Positions 17,731 through 28,483 of a stretch of 64,000 nt of DNA are shown here, piece after piece. Origin of the DNA: Gammaproteobacteria bacterium. Its GTDB lineage: Bacteria > Pseudomonadota > Gammaproteobacteria > GCA-001735895. The first letter of the stretch is position 1, and each line of letters starts with the position of its first letter. The stretch is taken from the NCBI GenBank assembly GCA_050298595.1, contig JBNKUM010000085.1, forward strand, positions 64,001-128,000, read 5' to 3'. The notes beneath the pieces are model-generated. The model saw nothing but the letters and a program-made list of their open reading frames with translations. It did not search any database and had not been told where the DNA came from. The position numbers and the translations under genes were made by a program.

Positions 17731-19326
17731 TTAGTTGTCGCGTAACAGCCGCCGAAGCATCTTGCCCACCGCAGATTTAGGGACTTCATCAATAAAGACT
17801 ACTGACTTCGGCACCTTATAAGCTGTAAGGTACTCCTTGCAGTGCGAAATGACATCGGCTTCTGTGATTGTACTCTCTGCAGCCTTGACGACAAATAACT
17901 TCACCGCTTCACCTGTTCTTTCATCTGGCACACCCAGGCAGGCGCATTCAGCAACACCTTCGCATTTGCAGGCAACCTGCTCCACATCGTTGGGATAAAC
18001 GTTAAACCCGGATACGATCACCATATCCTTCTTACGATCAACAATCTGATAGTTGCCCTCGGTATCTACAATCGCAATATCACCTGTCCGAAAGTATCCA
18101 TCCAAGGTGAAAGCCTCAGCAGTTACTTCTGGCTTTTGATAATAGCCTTGCGTAACCTGAGGCCCCCTGGCAACCAGCTCACCGCGCTCGCCGACAGCAA
18201 CCTCATTATCTTCACTATCAACAAGCTTAATATGGGTTTGTGGTAGCGCCTTACCGATTTTGCCGGTAAATATACGCTCACTGGGTGATGCTAAGGTTAA
18301 CACCGGAGAGGTTTCGGATAACCCGTAACCCTGAATTAAAGGCAGGCCTGTGAAGCTTTGCCATTTATCGGAGGTACTCTCCATGGCTGCGGTGCCACCG
18401 TTAATGCAGGCCTTGAGTCTGGAAAAATCTACCTGAGCGAACTCGGGATGCATCATCAACCCTGCAAAAAGTGAGTTCACGCCATTGATGACGGTAAAGC
18501 CGCTTTGCTTGATAGCGTTTATGAAACTATCCATGTCGCGAGGATTAGTGATCAACACATTGTGAGAGCCACAGCCCGCATAGCTTAAGAAATTCATCAT
18601 TAGCGCGAAGATGTGGTAAAGGGGTAAAGCCGTGACGATGACCTCTTCATTTTCACGCGTTATCTCTGGACACATTTCGTATAACTGGGCAATGTTGGAC
18701 AATAGATTGCCGTGGGAAAGCATCGCGCCTTTGGATGGCCCCGTGGTGCCGCCGGTATATTGCAGAAAAGCAAGGTCATCGCGGGTAATGGCTACGGACT
18801 GAAATTCAAGTCCAGCACCCATGCTTATGGCATCAGAAAAATACACAAAATCCGTGATTGAAGTATCTACGGCGGGTGATGCCACTTCCATCCCGCTGCC
18901 ATCCCCTATATTGACGACGATCACATGCTTTATCGGGCAGATGTCCTTGATTGCCGCAAAAGATGCACTGCTTCCACTAAAGATCACTATGGTTTCAGCA
19001 CCTGAGTCATTCAGCTGATACTCTAATTCTGATGCGGTATATAGCGGGTTAATATTAACCTGTATAGCACCTGCTTTGAGAATACCCAGGGTGGCAATGG
19101 TAAACGCGGGCAAATTGGGGGTCATGATAGCCACCCGGTCTCCTTTGCTTACCCCTACGCTCTGCAAATAGGCTGCAAAAGCTTTTCCTTGCCGGGCAAG
19201 CTCAGAATATGAAAGCCTCATCTGGCCACAGGAAAAAGCATCTTTACCGGCATAAAGCGCTGTCGCCTCATCCAGAAACTGCCCTAAAGATTCACTTTGA
19301 CGACTACGCTCCAACGGTGTTGACAT
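17731..19326 (-). CDS. Long-chain fatty acid-CoA ligase (FadD-like)
   Basis: YTGGTTGPSKG, QGYGLSETSP, RTGD, DRKKDMVIVSGFNVYP, VGK. Confidence 0.9.
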   Translation of the reverse strand: MSTPLERSRQSESLGQFLDEATALYAGKDAFSCGQMRLSYSELARQGKAFAAYLQSVGVSKGDRVAIMTPNLPAFTIATLGILKAGAIQVNINPLYTASELEYQLNDSGAETIVIFSGSSASFAAIKDICPIKHVIVVNIGDGSGMEVASPAVDTSITDFVYFSDAISMGAGLEFQSVAITRDDLAFLQYTGGTTGPSKGAMLSHGNLLSNIAQLYEMCPEITRENEEVIVTALPLYHIFALMMNFLSYAGCGSHNVLITNPRDMDSFINAIKQSGFTVINGVNSLFAGLMMHPEFAQVDFSRLKACINGGTAAMESTSDKWQSFTGLPLIQGYGLSETSPVLTLASPSERIFTGKIGKALPQTHIKLVDSEDNEVAVGERGELVARGPQVTQGYYQKPEVTAEAFTLDGYFRTGDIAIVDTEGNYQIVDRKKDMVIVSGFNVYPNDVEQVACKCEGVAECACLGVPDERTGEAVKLFVVKAAESTITEADVISHCKEYLTAYKVPKSVVFIDEVPKSAVGKMLRRLLRDN

Positions 19327-19518
19327 GATAATACCTTCCAGTAATTCAACTTATTTAGCCATTATTAAATGCCAAAATCAGCTTGCTGTCGATGTCTGTT
19401 ACTGAATTAACTCCCGCTAAAGGCAGAAAACACGCCTGAGTATTACAATTGCTACAGCATCAATGCAGATTGCCTTACACTATTAACCTGATACTCACAT
19501 ACTACGAAGGGCATCTAA

Positions 19519-20175
19519 ATGCAGCTAATTATCGGCAATAAAAACTATTCATCCTGGTCTCTTCGACCCTGGTTATTACTCAGCCACTTCAATCTTGAAT
19601 TTGAAGAAATTCGTATACCGCTTGATAGCCCTGAATTTACGATCACTCTCTCTCAATATAGTGCTGCAGGCAAGGTACCGGTTTTGCAGGATAAAGGCGT
19701 AGAGATTTGGGACTCACTGGCAATCTGTGAATATATTTCCGAACAATATCTGGGTGGAAAAGGCTGGCCGGTCGACCCATTAGCCAGAGCGCAGGCTCGT
19801 TCGGCAAGTGCAGAAATGCATTCCAGTTTCATGGCTATCCGCAGTAGCATGCCGATGAATTGCCGTAGTTCCCGAGTGATTACTATCAGCCCAGAGATGC
19901 ACATGGAAATAGACAGAGTTGACCAGTTATGGAGTCAGCTACGTAATAACTATGGAACAAATGGGGATTTTCTGTTTGGTGAATTTAGCATCGCAGATTG
20001 CATGTTCGCCCCAATGGCCTCTCGCTTTAATACTTACCGACCTGAACTCAGTGAGACCAGTCAAAACTACGTCAAATCCGTAATTAATAATCCCGCTATG
20101 CAACAATGGTACGCACAGGCTGCTCAGGAAACAGAGGTACTAGAGAAAGAAGAAGCCGGTCAACCTCGAATCTAA
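19519..20175 (+). CDS. Glutathione S-transferase family protein
   Basis: GNKNYSSWSLRPW, GKVPVL, WDSLAICEY, AEMHS, FSIADCMFAP. Confidence 0.92.
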   Translation: MQLIIGNKNYSSWSLRPWLLLSHFNLEFEEIRIPLDSPEFTITLSQYSAAGKVPVLQDKGVEIWDSLAICEYISEQYLGGKGWPVDPLARAQARSASAEMHSSFMAIRSSMPMNCRSSRVITISPEMHMEIDRVDQLWSQLRNNYGTNGDFLFGEFSIADCMFAPMASRFNTYRPELSETSQNYVKSVINNPAMQQWYAQAAQETEVLEKEEAGQPRI

Positions 20176-20185
20176 CCTGGCCTGT

Positions 20186-21982
20186 ATGTCAGTCAGAAAA
20201 TCTTCCAAAATCATTACCCTGACCGGGGTTCTACTGATGTTATCGGTAGCTTCCTGGGTCAGCTATGTGCTGAGCTGGCGCAGTGGAATTGATCAACTAA
20301 GCGCGCATAATCAGCAGCAACTGGAACAATTTGTAGGCCACCTTGAATCCCAACTGGCGCGCTTTCAATTTATCCCCGAGTTGATTGCCAAAAACCAGCT
20401 GCTAATTGAAGCGCTCAACGACCCTGGAAATAGCGCGCGCATGAATCTGGTGAATCACTTTCTCGAGGAAGTAAATATCATAACCGGCGCATCAGATACT
20501 TATCTTATGGATAAAGGGGGCATGACCCTGGCTGCCAGCAACTGGCAGGAAAAACCCACTTTTGTCGGACGCAATTTCAGTTTCCGTCCTTACTTCATCG
20601 AAGCTATGCAAGGTAAGCGAGGGCATTACTTCGCACTCGGCACTACCTCTGGTGAACGTGGATATTATTTTGCATACCCGCTGGTTTATGCCGCTGAAGT
20701 GATTGGCGTCATCGTGCTTAAAATGGATCTTACTCATATCGAACAACGCTGGTCAAATCGTGAAACTCAATTCATGGTAGTAGATGATGATGGCATCATA
20801 TTTATAACCACTCAGCCAGACTGGCTGTATCACAGCATTCATCCTTTATCACAGCAAAAAGTAGAACAGATCTTATCCAGTCGTCGCTATGGCGATATCC
20901 GCATCAAACCAATGAGCTATCAAACCAGCCCCTTATCTTTTGAGCAAAACATCATCACCCAGATAGTCAGCCCAGCAACTGAAAAACCACAACAGTACCT
21001 GACACACAGCTACGCTATGCCAAAAGCTGGCTGGACCGTCTACATTCTGGCACCTTTAGATAAAACCAATCAGGGCAGTGTCATTGCCATGATTATCATA
21101 CTGTTAATTGGAATACTAATGATACTGACCGCGGCACTGACCTGGCAAAGACGCCGCAGACGACAGGAGCGTGATCGTTTTCAACTTGAATCTCAGAAAA
21201 AACTGGAGCAGGAAGTCAGCATACGCACAGCCGATCTGGTGAATGAAATCGAGGAGCATAAGCATACCGAACAAATTCTACGCGACACTCAGCATGAATT
21301 AATCCAGACTGCTAAACTTGCGGTTCTAGGTCAGATGTCAGCCAGCATTAGTCATGAATTGAATAACCCCCTGGCTGCCATTCGCAGCTATGCCGATAAT
21401 GCACGACAATTCCTCAACCTGAATAAAATCACTCAGGCCGATGAAAACCTGTCACGCATTGCTGATCTCACTGAACGCATGGGAAAAATCAGTTCACAGC
21501 TAAAATTCTTTGCGCGCAAATCTAGTGGCAACCTGGAAACTGTGTTCATCGAATATGTCATTCAGAGCTCTATCGATATTACTTCGCCACAACGAAAAAA
21601 TTCCAGTATCAAATTTTTTACCGATAATATTCAAGCTGGATTGAGCGTACGAGCAGATCATATTCAACTGGAACAGGTACTGGTCAACCTGATCAATAAT
21701 GCAGTAAATGCATTAAGCAATCAGCAGCAGGGAGAAGTTCATATCTCTACCGAGAAAATGAATACTCAGGTGATGATACATGTGGCAGATAATGGTCCTG
21801 GCATCGATGAAGACAATCTTGAATGCATCTTTGACCCGTTTTTTACCACACGCAAGTCCGGCCTTGGTCTTGGCCTGTCTATTTCCTCCAGAATTATCGA
21901 CAGTATGAATGGTAAACTATCAGCAGTTAATCAAAAACAGGGCGGCGCATGTTTTAGCATTGCCTTACCCAGCGCGGAGTAA
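20186..21982 (+). CDS. dctB: C4-dicarboxylate sensor histidine kinase DctB
   Basis: Cache domain [28 protein letters not shown]; H-box SHELNNPL; G-boxes. Confidence 0.88.
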   Translation: MSVRKSSKIITLTGVLLMLSVASWVSYVLSWRSGIDQLSAHNQQQLEQFVGHLESQLARFQFIPELIAKNQLLIEALNDPGNSARMNLVNHFLEEVNIITGASDTYLMDKGGMTLAASNWQEKPTFVGRNFSFRPYFIEAMQGKRGHYFALGTTSGERGYYFAYPLVYAAEVIGVIVLKMDLTHIEQRWSNRETQFMVVDDDGIIFITTQPDWLYHSIHPLSQQKVEQILSSRRYGDIRIKPMSYQTSPLSFEQNIITQIVSPATEKPQQYLTHSYAMPKAGWTVYILAPLDKTNQGSVIAMIIILLIGILMILTAALTWQRRRRRQERDRFQLESQKKLEQEVSIRTADLVNEIEEHKHTEQILRDTQHELIQTAKLAVLGQMSASISHELNNPLAAIRSYADNARQFLNLNKITQADENLSRIADLTERMGKISSQLKFFARKSSGNLETVFIEYVIQSSIDITSPQRKNSSIKFFTDNIQAGLSVRADHIQLEQVLVNLINNAVNALSNQQQGEVHISTEKMNTQVMIHVADNGPGIDEDNLECIFDPFFTTRKSGLGLGLSISSRIIDSMNGKLSAVNQKQGGACFSIALPSAE

Positions 21983-21986
21983 AAAG

Positions 21987-23336
21987 ATGTCACAGCAGGC
22001 AGAAGTATTCTTTATCGACGATGAACAGGATTTGCGCCTGGCCAATGAGCAGACCCTGCAACTGGCAGGCCTGTCGGTTGAGTTGTTTGAAAAAGCCGAA
22101 GATGCCTTACCCTTACTGGATAAAAACTGGACTGGCGTAGTCGTCTGCGATATACGCTTACCCGGCATGGATGGCCTGAGTCTGCTCAATCAAACCCAGC
22201 TGATGGACAAAGATTTACCGGTGATCTTAATCACTGGACACGGCGATATATCGATGGCAGTAGATGCCATGCAAAAGGGTGCCTACGACTTTATCGAAAA
22301 GCCATTTTCTGCTGAACGCTTACTGGATACGGTTCGCCGCGCACTGGAAAAGCGCCGTCTGACTCTGGAGAACCGAAAACTCAAAAGCGAATTACAGGTT
22401 CAGGATGTACTCGGCCCCAGGATTATTGGTAAAACTCCTGTGATTCAGGCACTTCGGGACACCATCAATCAACTTGCGGATACCCGTGCAGATATTCTGT
22501 TATTGGGCGAAACCGGTACTGGCAAGGAATTAGTAGCGCGCTCCTTACACGAACAAAGCAGTCGGCGTGATAAAAACTTCGTTGCGGTCAATTGTGGCGC
22601 GATCCCCGAAAACCTGATCGAAAGCGAATTATTCGGCCACCAGAAAGGTGCCTTTACCGGCGCGGAAACCGAGCGTATTGGCAAGTTTGAATACGCCGAA
22701 GGCGGCACAGTTTTTCTGGATGAAATTGAATCCATGCCCTTACCCGCTCAGGTACGCCTGTTAAGGGTATTACAGGAACGAGCGCTAGAAAGGCTAGGCT
22801 CTAATGAATCCATTCAGCTGGATATTCGAATCATTGCAGCCAGTAAGGTCGATCTTCGCCAGGCTTCAGATGCAGGAACCTTTCGTGAAGATCTGTATTA
22901 CCGTTTGAATGTAGTCACCCTCGAACTACCCCCATTACGCGAGCGGCGCGAAGATATTCCCCGATTATTCCAGCACTTCCTGTTAGTTGCCTCTGCCCGT
23001 TACGGTAAAGAAGCACCTGCCATGCCACCCCAGATTAGCCAGAAACTAATGGCATTCAACTGGCCTGGCAATGTGCGTGAACTGCGTAATACCGCCGAGC
23101 GCTATGTATTACTTGGGGACGGATGTGGCTTAAAACTGGATGACTCGTCGCAGGCACCCTTTTCCGCTATGACCCTGCCCGAACATGTTGAGGCCTTTGA
23201 ACGAGCGCTGATAGAACAGGCTCTGTCTGAAAGTGGAGGCATTATCAAAAACACCATGGAATTACTCGGACTGGCACGCAAGACCCTGTACGACAAAATG
23301 CAGAAATATGGGCTGGATAAAACCGCGTATAAATGA
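21987..23336 (+). CDS. dctD: Sigma54-dependent response regulator DctD
   Basis: REC domain, GETGTGKE, GAFTGA, WPGNVREL, Fis-type HTH; start taken at ATG 21987. Confidence 0.88.
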   Translation: MSQQAEVFFIDDEQDLRLANEQTLQLAGLSVELFEKAEDALPLLDKNWTGVVVCDIRLPGMDGLSLLNQTQLMDKDLPVILITGHGDISMAVDAMQKGAYDFIEKPFSAERLLDTVRRALEKRRLTLENRKLKSELQVQDVLGPRIIGKTPVIQALRDTINQLADTRADILLLGETGTGKELVARSLHEQSSRRDKNFVAVNCGAIPENLIESELFGHQKGAFTGAETERIGKFEYAEGGTVFLDEIESMPLPAQVRLLRVLQERALERLGSNESIQLDIRIIAASKVDLRQASDAGTFREDLYYRLNVVTLELPPLRERREDIPRLFQHFLLVASARYGKEAPAMPPQISQKLMAFNWPGNVRELRNTAERYVLLGDGCGLKLDDSSQAPFSAMTLPEHVEAFERALIEQALSESGGIIKNTMELLGLARKTLYDKMQKYGLDKTAYK

Positions 23337-23340
23337 GCCG

Positions 23341-23976
23341 TCAGCTAGCTGTGTGTGCGGCAACCCATAGTTGAATCAGACGCATGCCAGAGTGCTGTAT
23401 ACTATCACCAAACAGGATTACCCCGTCCTCATGGCCGCCCATTATTAGCGTGTCACATTCAATGAGTTTGCTGTGCTGATACAGACGCTGCACTTCCTGA
23501 GCCATTTTTACTGTACCATATTCCACATCGGCTGCAGTTGTCGGATAGCCATGTTGTAACCCGAATTGCCACAACAACGGATCATGAATATGGAACACGC
23601 TCTGGATAGCAGGGTTTAGTTGATAAATCATTGCGTGACTTAACGCCTCAGAAGAAGGTGGTAAACAACCCAACGCCTGTATTCGATTGCTAGCAATATC
23701 AAAAGCTTCAACCAGAGTGTAATGCGAGGCATCCAGCTTTGGCACAGACCCGGTCTGCGATGCCGAAATGATAAATTGTTCTGTTTTCTCAACACATCTC
23801 TGGCTGAGATTTCCGAATCCATAGCCCAGATAACGGTCTTCCTGCTGTCCAATCAAACCCAGACCATACATTATTGAGCGCCAGTAATTTAGCTCACTAA
23901 GGTCCTGCTGTACAGGCTCTGATGCCTTAAAATCAAGCCGATACTTAATGACGCCTTCTGATTCCTGCACAGACAA
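23341..23976 (-). CDS. Class II aldolase/adducin family protein
   Basis: EGVIKY, GFGNLS, PSSEALSH..Y, FHIH, YGT, GHEDG. Confidence 0.8.
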   Translation of the reverse strand: MSVQESEGVIKYRLDFKASEPVQQDLSELNYWRSIMYGLGLIGQQEDRYLGYGFGNLSQRCVEKTEQFIISASQTGSVPKLDASHYTLVEAFDIASNRIQALGCLPPSSEALSHAMIYQLNPAIQSVFHIHDPLLWQFGLQHGYPTTAADVEYGTVKMAQEVQRLYQHSKLIECDTLIMGGHEDGVILFGDSIQHSGMRLIQLWVAAHTAS

Positions 23977-24054
23977 ACACCTCGGATATTAGTAAACTAT
24001 TTCAAAAAAACCACATTATTTGTCTGAGAACTGACATAGGTCAATTAAATTATT

Positions 24055-24075
24055 TTAAGGGGTCGGAACCCTTAA
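24055..24075. repeat. REP-like palindrome upstream of the RAYT homolog
   Basis: TTAAGGGGTCGGAACCCTTAA imperfect inverted repeat. Confidence 0.5.
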
Positions 24076-24140
24076 TTGCCGAGTGTGACCACTTGATATA
24101 CACTATAGCATCATTTACATATCAGCAAGAGGATTACGCG

Positions 24141-24833
24141 ATGCCGAGAAAACCGAGATTTTATCTTCCGAATTACCCAGTGCATATCGTTCAACGTGGA
24201 CATAACAAGAACAATGTATTTTTTGAACCTGATGATTACAAAGTATACCTTGACTGGTTACAGGAAGGTTCAGAATGGTACGAAGTTCCAATTCATGCCT
24301 ATGCTTTACTTCCCAATGAGATTCATATTCTGGCCTCTCCAGGCGATAAAGAATCTGCCAGCCGCATGATGCAATACCAGGGGCGTAGATACGTTCCATA
24401 CATCAATAGCACCTATGACAAGACAGGCACTATCTGGCAAGGCCGCTACAAGGCCAGCCTGATCGACCCTGATACTTATCTGGTTAACTGCATGCTACAT
24501 ATTGAAAGCCTGCCAGTTAAAGAAGGGTTAGCTAAATCACCTGCGCCTTACAAATGGTCTAGTCACAAAGCTAATGCTCAGGGTAAAAAGAATGCATTGA
24601 TCACCCCTCATGCTGCTTTTAAGGCTCTAGCCAAAGGTGATGCCAAGCGCATGGAAAAATATACGGCCATGGCCAAGACCGGATTGTCAGATGAAATCAA
24701 TACCAATATTCAGGATGCCTGGCAAACTGGCACGCCATTGGGTTCTGATAAATTCAAAGCCATGGTAGAGCAAAAGCTGAATATCAAAGTGGGCCACTCT
24801 AAACGCGGTCGCCCACGTAAAAGCGCAGCCTGA
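24141..24833 (+). CDS. REP-associated tyrosine transposase (RAYT / Y1-HUH) homolog with catalytic residues substituted
   Basis: MPRKPRFYLP..HIVQRG.N, HAY.L.PNEIHIL (normally NHxH), WQGRYK, HIESLPV (normally YIELNPV), YKWSS, C-terminal RGRPRK; RBS AGAGGA. Confidence 0.85.
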   Translation: MPRKPRFYLPNYPVHIVQRGHNKNNVFFEPDDYKVYLDWLQEGSEWYEVPIHAYALLPNEIHILASPGDKESASRMMQYQGRRYVPYINSTYDKTGTIWQGRYKASLIDPDTYLVNCMLHIESLPVKEGLAKSPAPYKWSSHKANAQGKKNALITPHAAFKALAKGDAKRMEKYTAMAKTGLSDEINTNIQDAWQTGTPLGSDKFKAMVEQKLNIKVGHSKRGRPRKSAA

Positions 24834-24853
24834 TATTGTACTATCAGCACCAC

Positions 24854-24887
24854 AAAAAAGGCGCCGCTCGATTGACCGGCGCCTTTT
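24854..24887. terminator. Bidirectional intrinsic terminator
   Basis: AAAAAAGGCGCCG..CGGCGCCTTTT between convergent genes. Confidence 0.75.
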
Positions 24888-24910
24888 AATGTCAGTTATA
24901 AGAAGTGTCG

Positions 24911-25963
24911 TTAGAGCATAGGGGGCTCTTCATTAATATCATCATCATACTGGGGGTTATGCTCTTCCTGAAACACCTCGACCATTTCTGCAGCACTATC
25001 CGGCTCACTAAAAATGGCTATATGAAATAGAGCCTCTCCTTCGTTCACCAATGGCAGGTTAGTTCGACCAATCACTATACCGGATGCAGTCGCCAGCACT
25101 GCTTGCTCATGTTTTCCCAATGGGTCAGATACCCAGCCGATAACTGCTTTCTTCCTTACCTGGGTACCAAGTGCAACTATAGATCGTAAGATACCGCTTT
25201 GAGGCGCTCGTACCCATAAAGTATTGTTCGCAATCAGCGGCTCTGACATAGCCGTTCGTTTTTTCCTGGATGCTGGCAGCATGCCTAAATATCGCATCAC
25301 ACGGGTAATACCTGTAACTCCGGCACGAATGGATAGCTCATTGAATCTCAGCGCTTCACCTGCTTCATAAAGTAAAACAGGGATACCATCCTCAGCCACA
25401 GCTTCACGTAATGAACCATCGCGTAACTCAGCATTAATGATCACTGGCGCACCGAATGCCCGGGCCATTTCTTCAGTTTGTATAGAGTTATGTACCTTAG
25501 CCCTTACTTGCGGCAGATTTTCGCGCCCCTGAGCACCGGTATGGAGGTCAATCCCGTGGGTACATTGCCTGACTACTTCATGCATAAAGGTATACGCCAG
25601 GCGGGCAGCCATCGACCCCTTTTCTGAGCCTGGAAATGAACGGTTTAGATCACGACGATCTGGAAGATATCTCGATCGCGTAATGAACCCATACACATTC
25701 ACCACCGGCACCACAATGAGTGCGCCCTTAATCTTATAGATATTTTTTTTCAGCAGTAACCTGCGAATAATTTCAACACCATTAATTTCATCACCGTGAA
25801 TGGCGGCACTTACAAAAAGTACTGATCCATTACGCTTTCCGTTGATGACATACACCGGCATAGAAACGGGTGAATGCGAATACAGCTCAGGTAAGGGAAT
25901 TTCGATAGATTGATGCTGCCCGGGTTCAACCTTTATACCACCCAGAATGATGGTGCCTGGCAT
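24911..25963 (-). CDS. Succinylglutamate desuccinylase/aspartoacylase (M14-like) family protein
   Basis: AAIHGDEING, DRRDLNRSFPG, IDLHTG, YEAGE. Confidence 0.9.
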   Translation of the reverse strand: MPGTIILGGIKVEPGQHQSIEIPLPELYSHSPVSMPVYVINGKRNGSVLFVSAAIHGDEINGVEIIRRLLLKKNIYKIKGALIVVPVVNVYGFITRSRYLPDRRDLNRSFPGSEKGSMAARLAYTFMHEVVRQCTHGIDLHTGAQGRENLPQVRAKVHNSIQTEEMARAFGAPVIINAELRDGSLREAVAEDGIPVLLYEAGEALRFNELSIRAGVTGITRVMRYLGMLPASRKKRTAMSEPLIANNTLWVRAPQSGILRSIVALGTQVRKKAVIGWVSDPLGKHEQAVLATASGIVIGRTNLPLVNEGEALFHIAIFSEPDSAAEMVEVFQEEHNPQYDDDINEEPPML

Positions 25964-25966
25964 GGC

Positions 25967-26872
25967 TCACCCCTTACCCTTGGTTGCAGTTCGTCCCTGT
26001 TTGCTGTTAGTTTCGAGAAATCCAATAATCATCCCGGCAACATCCTTGCCAGTAGCTTCTTCAATGCCCTGTAGTCCAGGAGATGAATTTACTTCCATCA
26101 CCACTGGACCGTGATTCGAGCGTAATAAGTCAACACCGGCGACATTCAATCCCATGATTTTGGCTGCGCGTACTGCTGTTGAGCGCTCTTCGGGTGTAAT
26201 GCGAATCAGTGTCGCAGAACCACCTCTATGCAGGTTAGAGCGGAATTCACCCGCCACCGCCTGTCGTTTCATTGCAGCGACTACCTTTCCGCCAATGATA
26301 AAACAACGAATATCTGCACCGCCGGCTTCCTTGATATATTCCTGCACCAGAATATCCGCCTTCACGCCCATAAAACCTTCGATCACACTTTCGGCTGCTT
26401 TCTGGGTTTCTGCCAGCACCACACCTATACCTTGAGTACCCTGCAATAATTTAATCACCAGCGGTGCACCACCAACCATTTTAATAAGATCTTTAATATC
26501 GTCTGGCTTGTTTGCAAAACCGGTAACTGGCATGCCGATACCGCGTCTCGACAGTAACTGCATGGAACGTAATTTATCTCTGGAACGGGTAATCGCAACT
26601 GATTCATTCAAAGGATATACCCCTCCCATTTCAAACTGCCGTACTACTGAAGTACCATAGAAAGTCACTGATGCACCAATACGTGGAATTACTGCATCAA
26701 ACCCTGTTAATTCTTCGCTTCGATAATGAATGGTGGGCTTATGCGAGGCGATATTCATATAGCATCGTAATACATCGATGGTTTGAATTTCATGACCTCG
26801 TGCCTTTGCCGCCTCTACCAGACGACGGGTCGAGTAGAGATTCTTATTTCTCGATAATAGTGCAATTTTCAT
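25967..26872 (-). CDS. rimK: Ribosomal protein S6-glutamate ligase RimK
   Basis: [45 protein letters not shown]; start at 26872. Confidence 0.95.
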   Translation of the reverse strand: MKIALLSRNKNLYSTRRLVEAAKARGHEIQTIDVLRCYMNIASHKPTIHYRSEELTGFDAVIPRIGASVTFYGTSVVRQFEMGGVYPLNESVAITRSRDKLRSMQLLSRRGIGMPVTGFANKPDDIKDLIKMVGGAPLVIKLLQGTQGIGVVLAETQKAAESVIEGFMGVKADILVQEYIKEAGGADIRCFIIGGKVVAAMKRQAVAGEFRSNLHRGGSATLIRITPEERSTAVRAAKIMGLNVAGVDLLRSNHGPVVMEVNSSPGLQGIEEATGKDVAGMIIGFLETNSKQGRTATKGKG

Positions 26873-26909
26873 AGTACTTATTCCGCAATATGCGTTGAAT
26901 TTTGAATTT

Positions 26910-27365
26910 CTAGATGCTGTACAAAGCAACTGCGTCCACTCTGCCACATAAGAAAGAGGCCGCTGGATCTACCACAATATTTTTCTCCATCGCCTCGCGC
27001 CCCAAAAGCATACGAAAGCGCATACTGTCACGGTTGGTGAGTGTTAGCTGTATAGGTATTTTTAGTTCAGCAAGTTGCATATGTGTTTCTATCACATAGC
27101 GCATTTCCCTATGTCCACCCGAATCGGTAACCTGACGCTGATCCAGTAACGGGGCTTCACACTCTACGACTAATGAATTGTTTTTCTGCAAAGGATGCAT
27201 CTTAAAACGCACATAATCCTTACCTGATCTCTGGAAAGGATCAACCTGAAACGCATGCAAAGCTGAAGTTTTTGCGCCAGTATCCACCTTGGCCTTTATC
27301 GCGGGCAAGCCCAAATCAGGTAATGCCAGCCATTCGCGCCAGCCCACAGTAAGTAGACTATTCAT
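26910..27365 (-). CDS. RimK-associated retropepsin-like protease
   Basis: [39 protein letters not shown]. Confidence 0.88.
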   Translation of the reverse strand: MNSLLTVGWREWLALPDLGLPAIKAKVDTGAKTSALHAFQVDPFQRSGKDYVRFKMHPLQKNNSLVVECEAPLLDQRQVTDSGGHREMRYVIETHMQLAELKIPIQLTLTNRDSMRFRMLLGREAMEKNIVVDPAASFLCGRVDAVALYSI

Positions 27366-27405
27366 CAATATTTACCAGGTTTAAATGCGTTTTTTAGCGC
27401 TCAGG

Positions 27406-28326
27406 TTATTCCCATTCCAGTTCAGTATACACCTTCAAGGCGTTACGACCGGCTAAGGTATCGAAGTTTGATAAATAGCTGAATTCACTGAAATCCAGCT
27501 GTGCAATATCGCTAGCATCACCACCCTCCTGCATAAAAGCAGAGACTTTATCTCGTAGTGCTAACAGATAAAGATAGGTGTCTTTTTTGGCTACCGCGAG
27601 AGCAACAGGGTGTCCATGGCCGGGTACTACATGCTCGGGTTTATAGGCTGCCATCGATTCAAATACCTGCACCCAGCTCTTGCTATTAGACTGCTCGCCT
27701 ACACCCAGCATGCGTTCGACATAAACAATATCACCACTAAACATGACCGATCGATCAGCTAGCCAGATATAAGCATCGCCCGGGGTATGTGCCTGTCCTA
27801 CATGATGAATCTCGAACTTAACTCCACCCAGAATCAGTTCATAATCTTTTTCAAACAGGATATCGGCAAACTTTTCCTCAGTGCCTATGAATTTCTCATC
27901 GCCAATAAGAGAGGTCAGGTAACTTATCTGGTTACTCACTCGCTGCTGGTGATCAGCTCGCGCATCTTTACTGGAAATAATTTTGGCACCCTGAGCGCTG
28001 AAATAACTATTACCGAACCAGCGATGATCCTGACCGCCGCTATTGATGACATAGCGCACAGGTTTATCGGTGACTTTTTTTATCGCCTGATGGATTCTTT
28101 GAGCGCCCAGAAAGCTACCGCCAGAATCGATTAATACTACACCCTCGCTAGTGACAACAAAACCAAAGGTGGCATTATTACCCAGATTCTGTGGTGTTCG
28201 ATTAGTAATCGGACCCACCAGGGCATACACATTTTTTGCGACCTTAACCAGTTCCAGGTCATCGGCCTGAGCGACTGAAACAGTCATCAGCGCCAGGAAC
28301 AAAATACATTGAATGAAAAACCTCAT
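27406..28326 (-). CDS. Periplasmic MBL-fold metallohydrolase (SoxH-like)
   Basis: Signal peptide; LIDSG, GGQDHRWFGN, AHTPGD, FSGD, VPGHG. Confidence 0.8.
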   Translation of the reverse strand: MRFFIQCILFLALMTVSVAQADDLELVKVAKNVYALVGPITNRTPQNLGNNATFGFVVTSEGVVLIDSGGSFLGAQRIHQAIKKVTDKPVRYVINSGGQDHRWFGNSYFSAQGAKIISSKDARADHQQRVSNQISYLTSLIGDEKFIGTEEKFADILFEKDYELILGGVKFEIHHVGQAHTPGDAYIWLADRSVMFSGDIVYVERMLGVGEQSNSKSWVQVFESMAAYKPEHVVPGHGHPVALAVAKKDTYLYLLALRDKVSAFMQEGGDASDIAQLDFSEFSYLSNFDTLAGRNALKVYTELEWE

Positions 28327-28432
28327 CTTTAAATACCTTTATTTTTCTAGTTAAAAGATTGTAAGCTATTTTTCAATTGCTGGCAGAATCACTCTACCTG
28401 CTTTTATGGGTGTGACAATATTTTTTCTGAGC

Positions 28433-28463
28433 AAAAAAAAACCGGGCTTCAAGCCCGGCTTCT
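28433..28463 (-). terminator. rpsT intrinsic terminator
   Basis: CCGGGCTT/AAGCCCGG stem followed by a T-run on the minus strand. Confidence 0.8.
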
Positions 28464-28483
28464 TCGAGATTAAATCTGTTAGC

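Noticed and set aside
24141-24833. Active IS200/IS605 insertion sequence
   Set aside because: No tnpB, no paired subterminal hairpins, and catalytic residues are substituted
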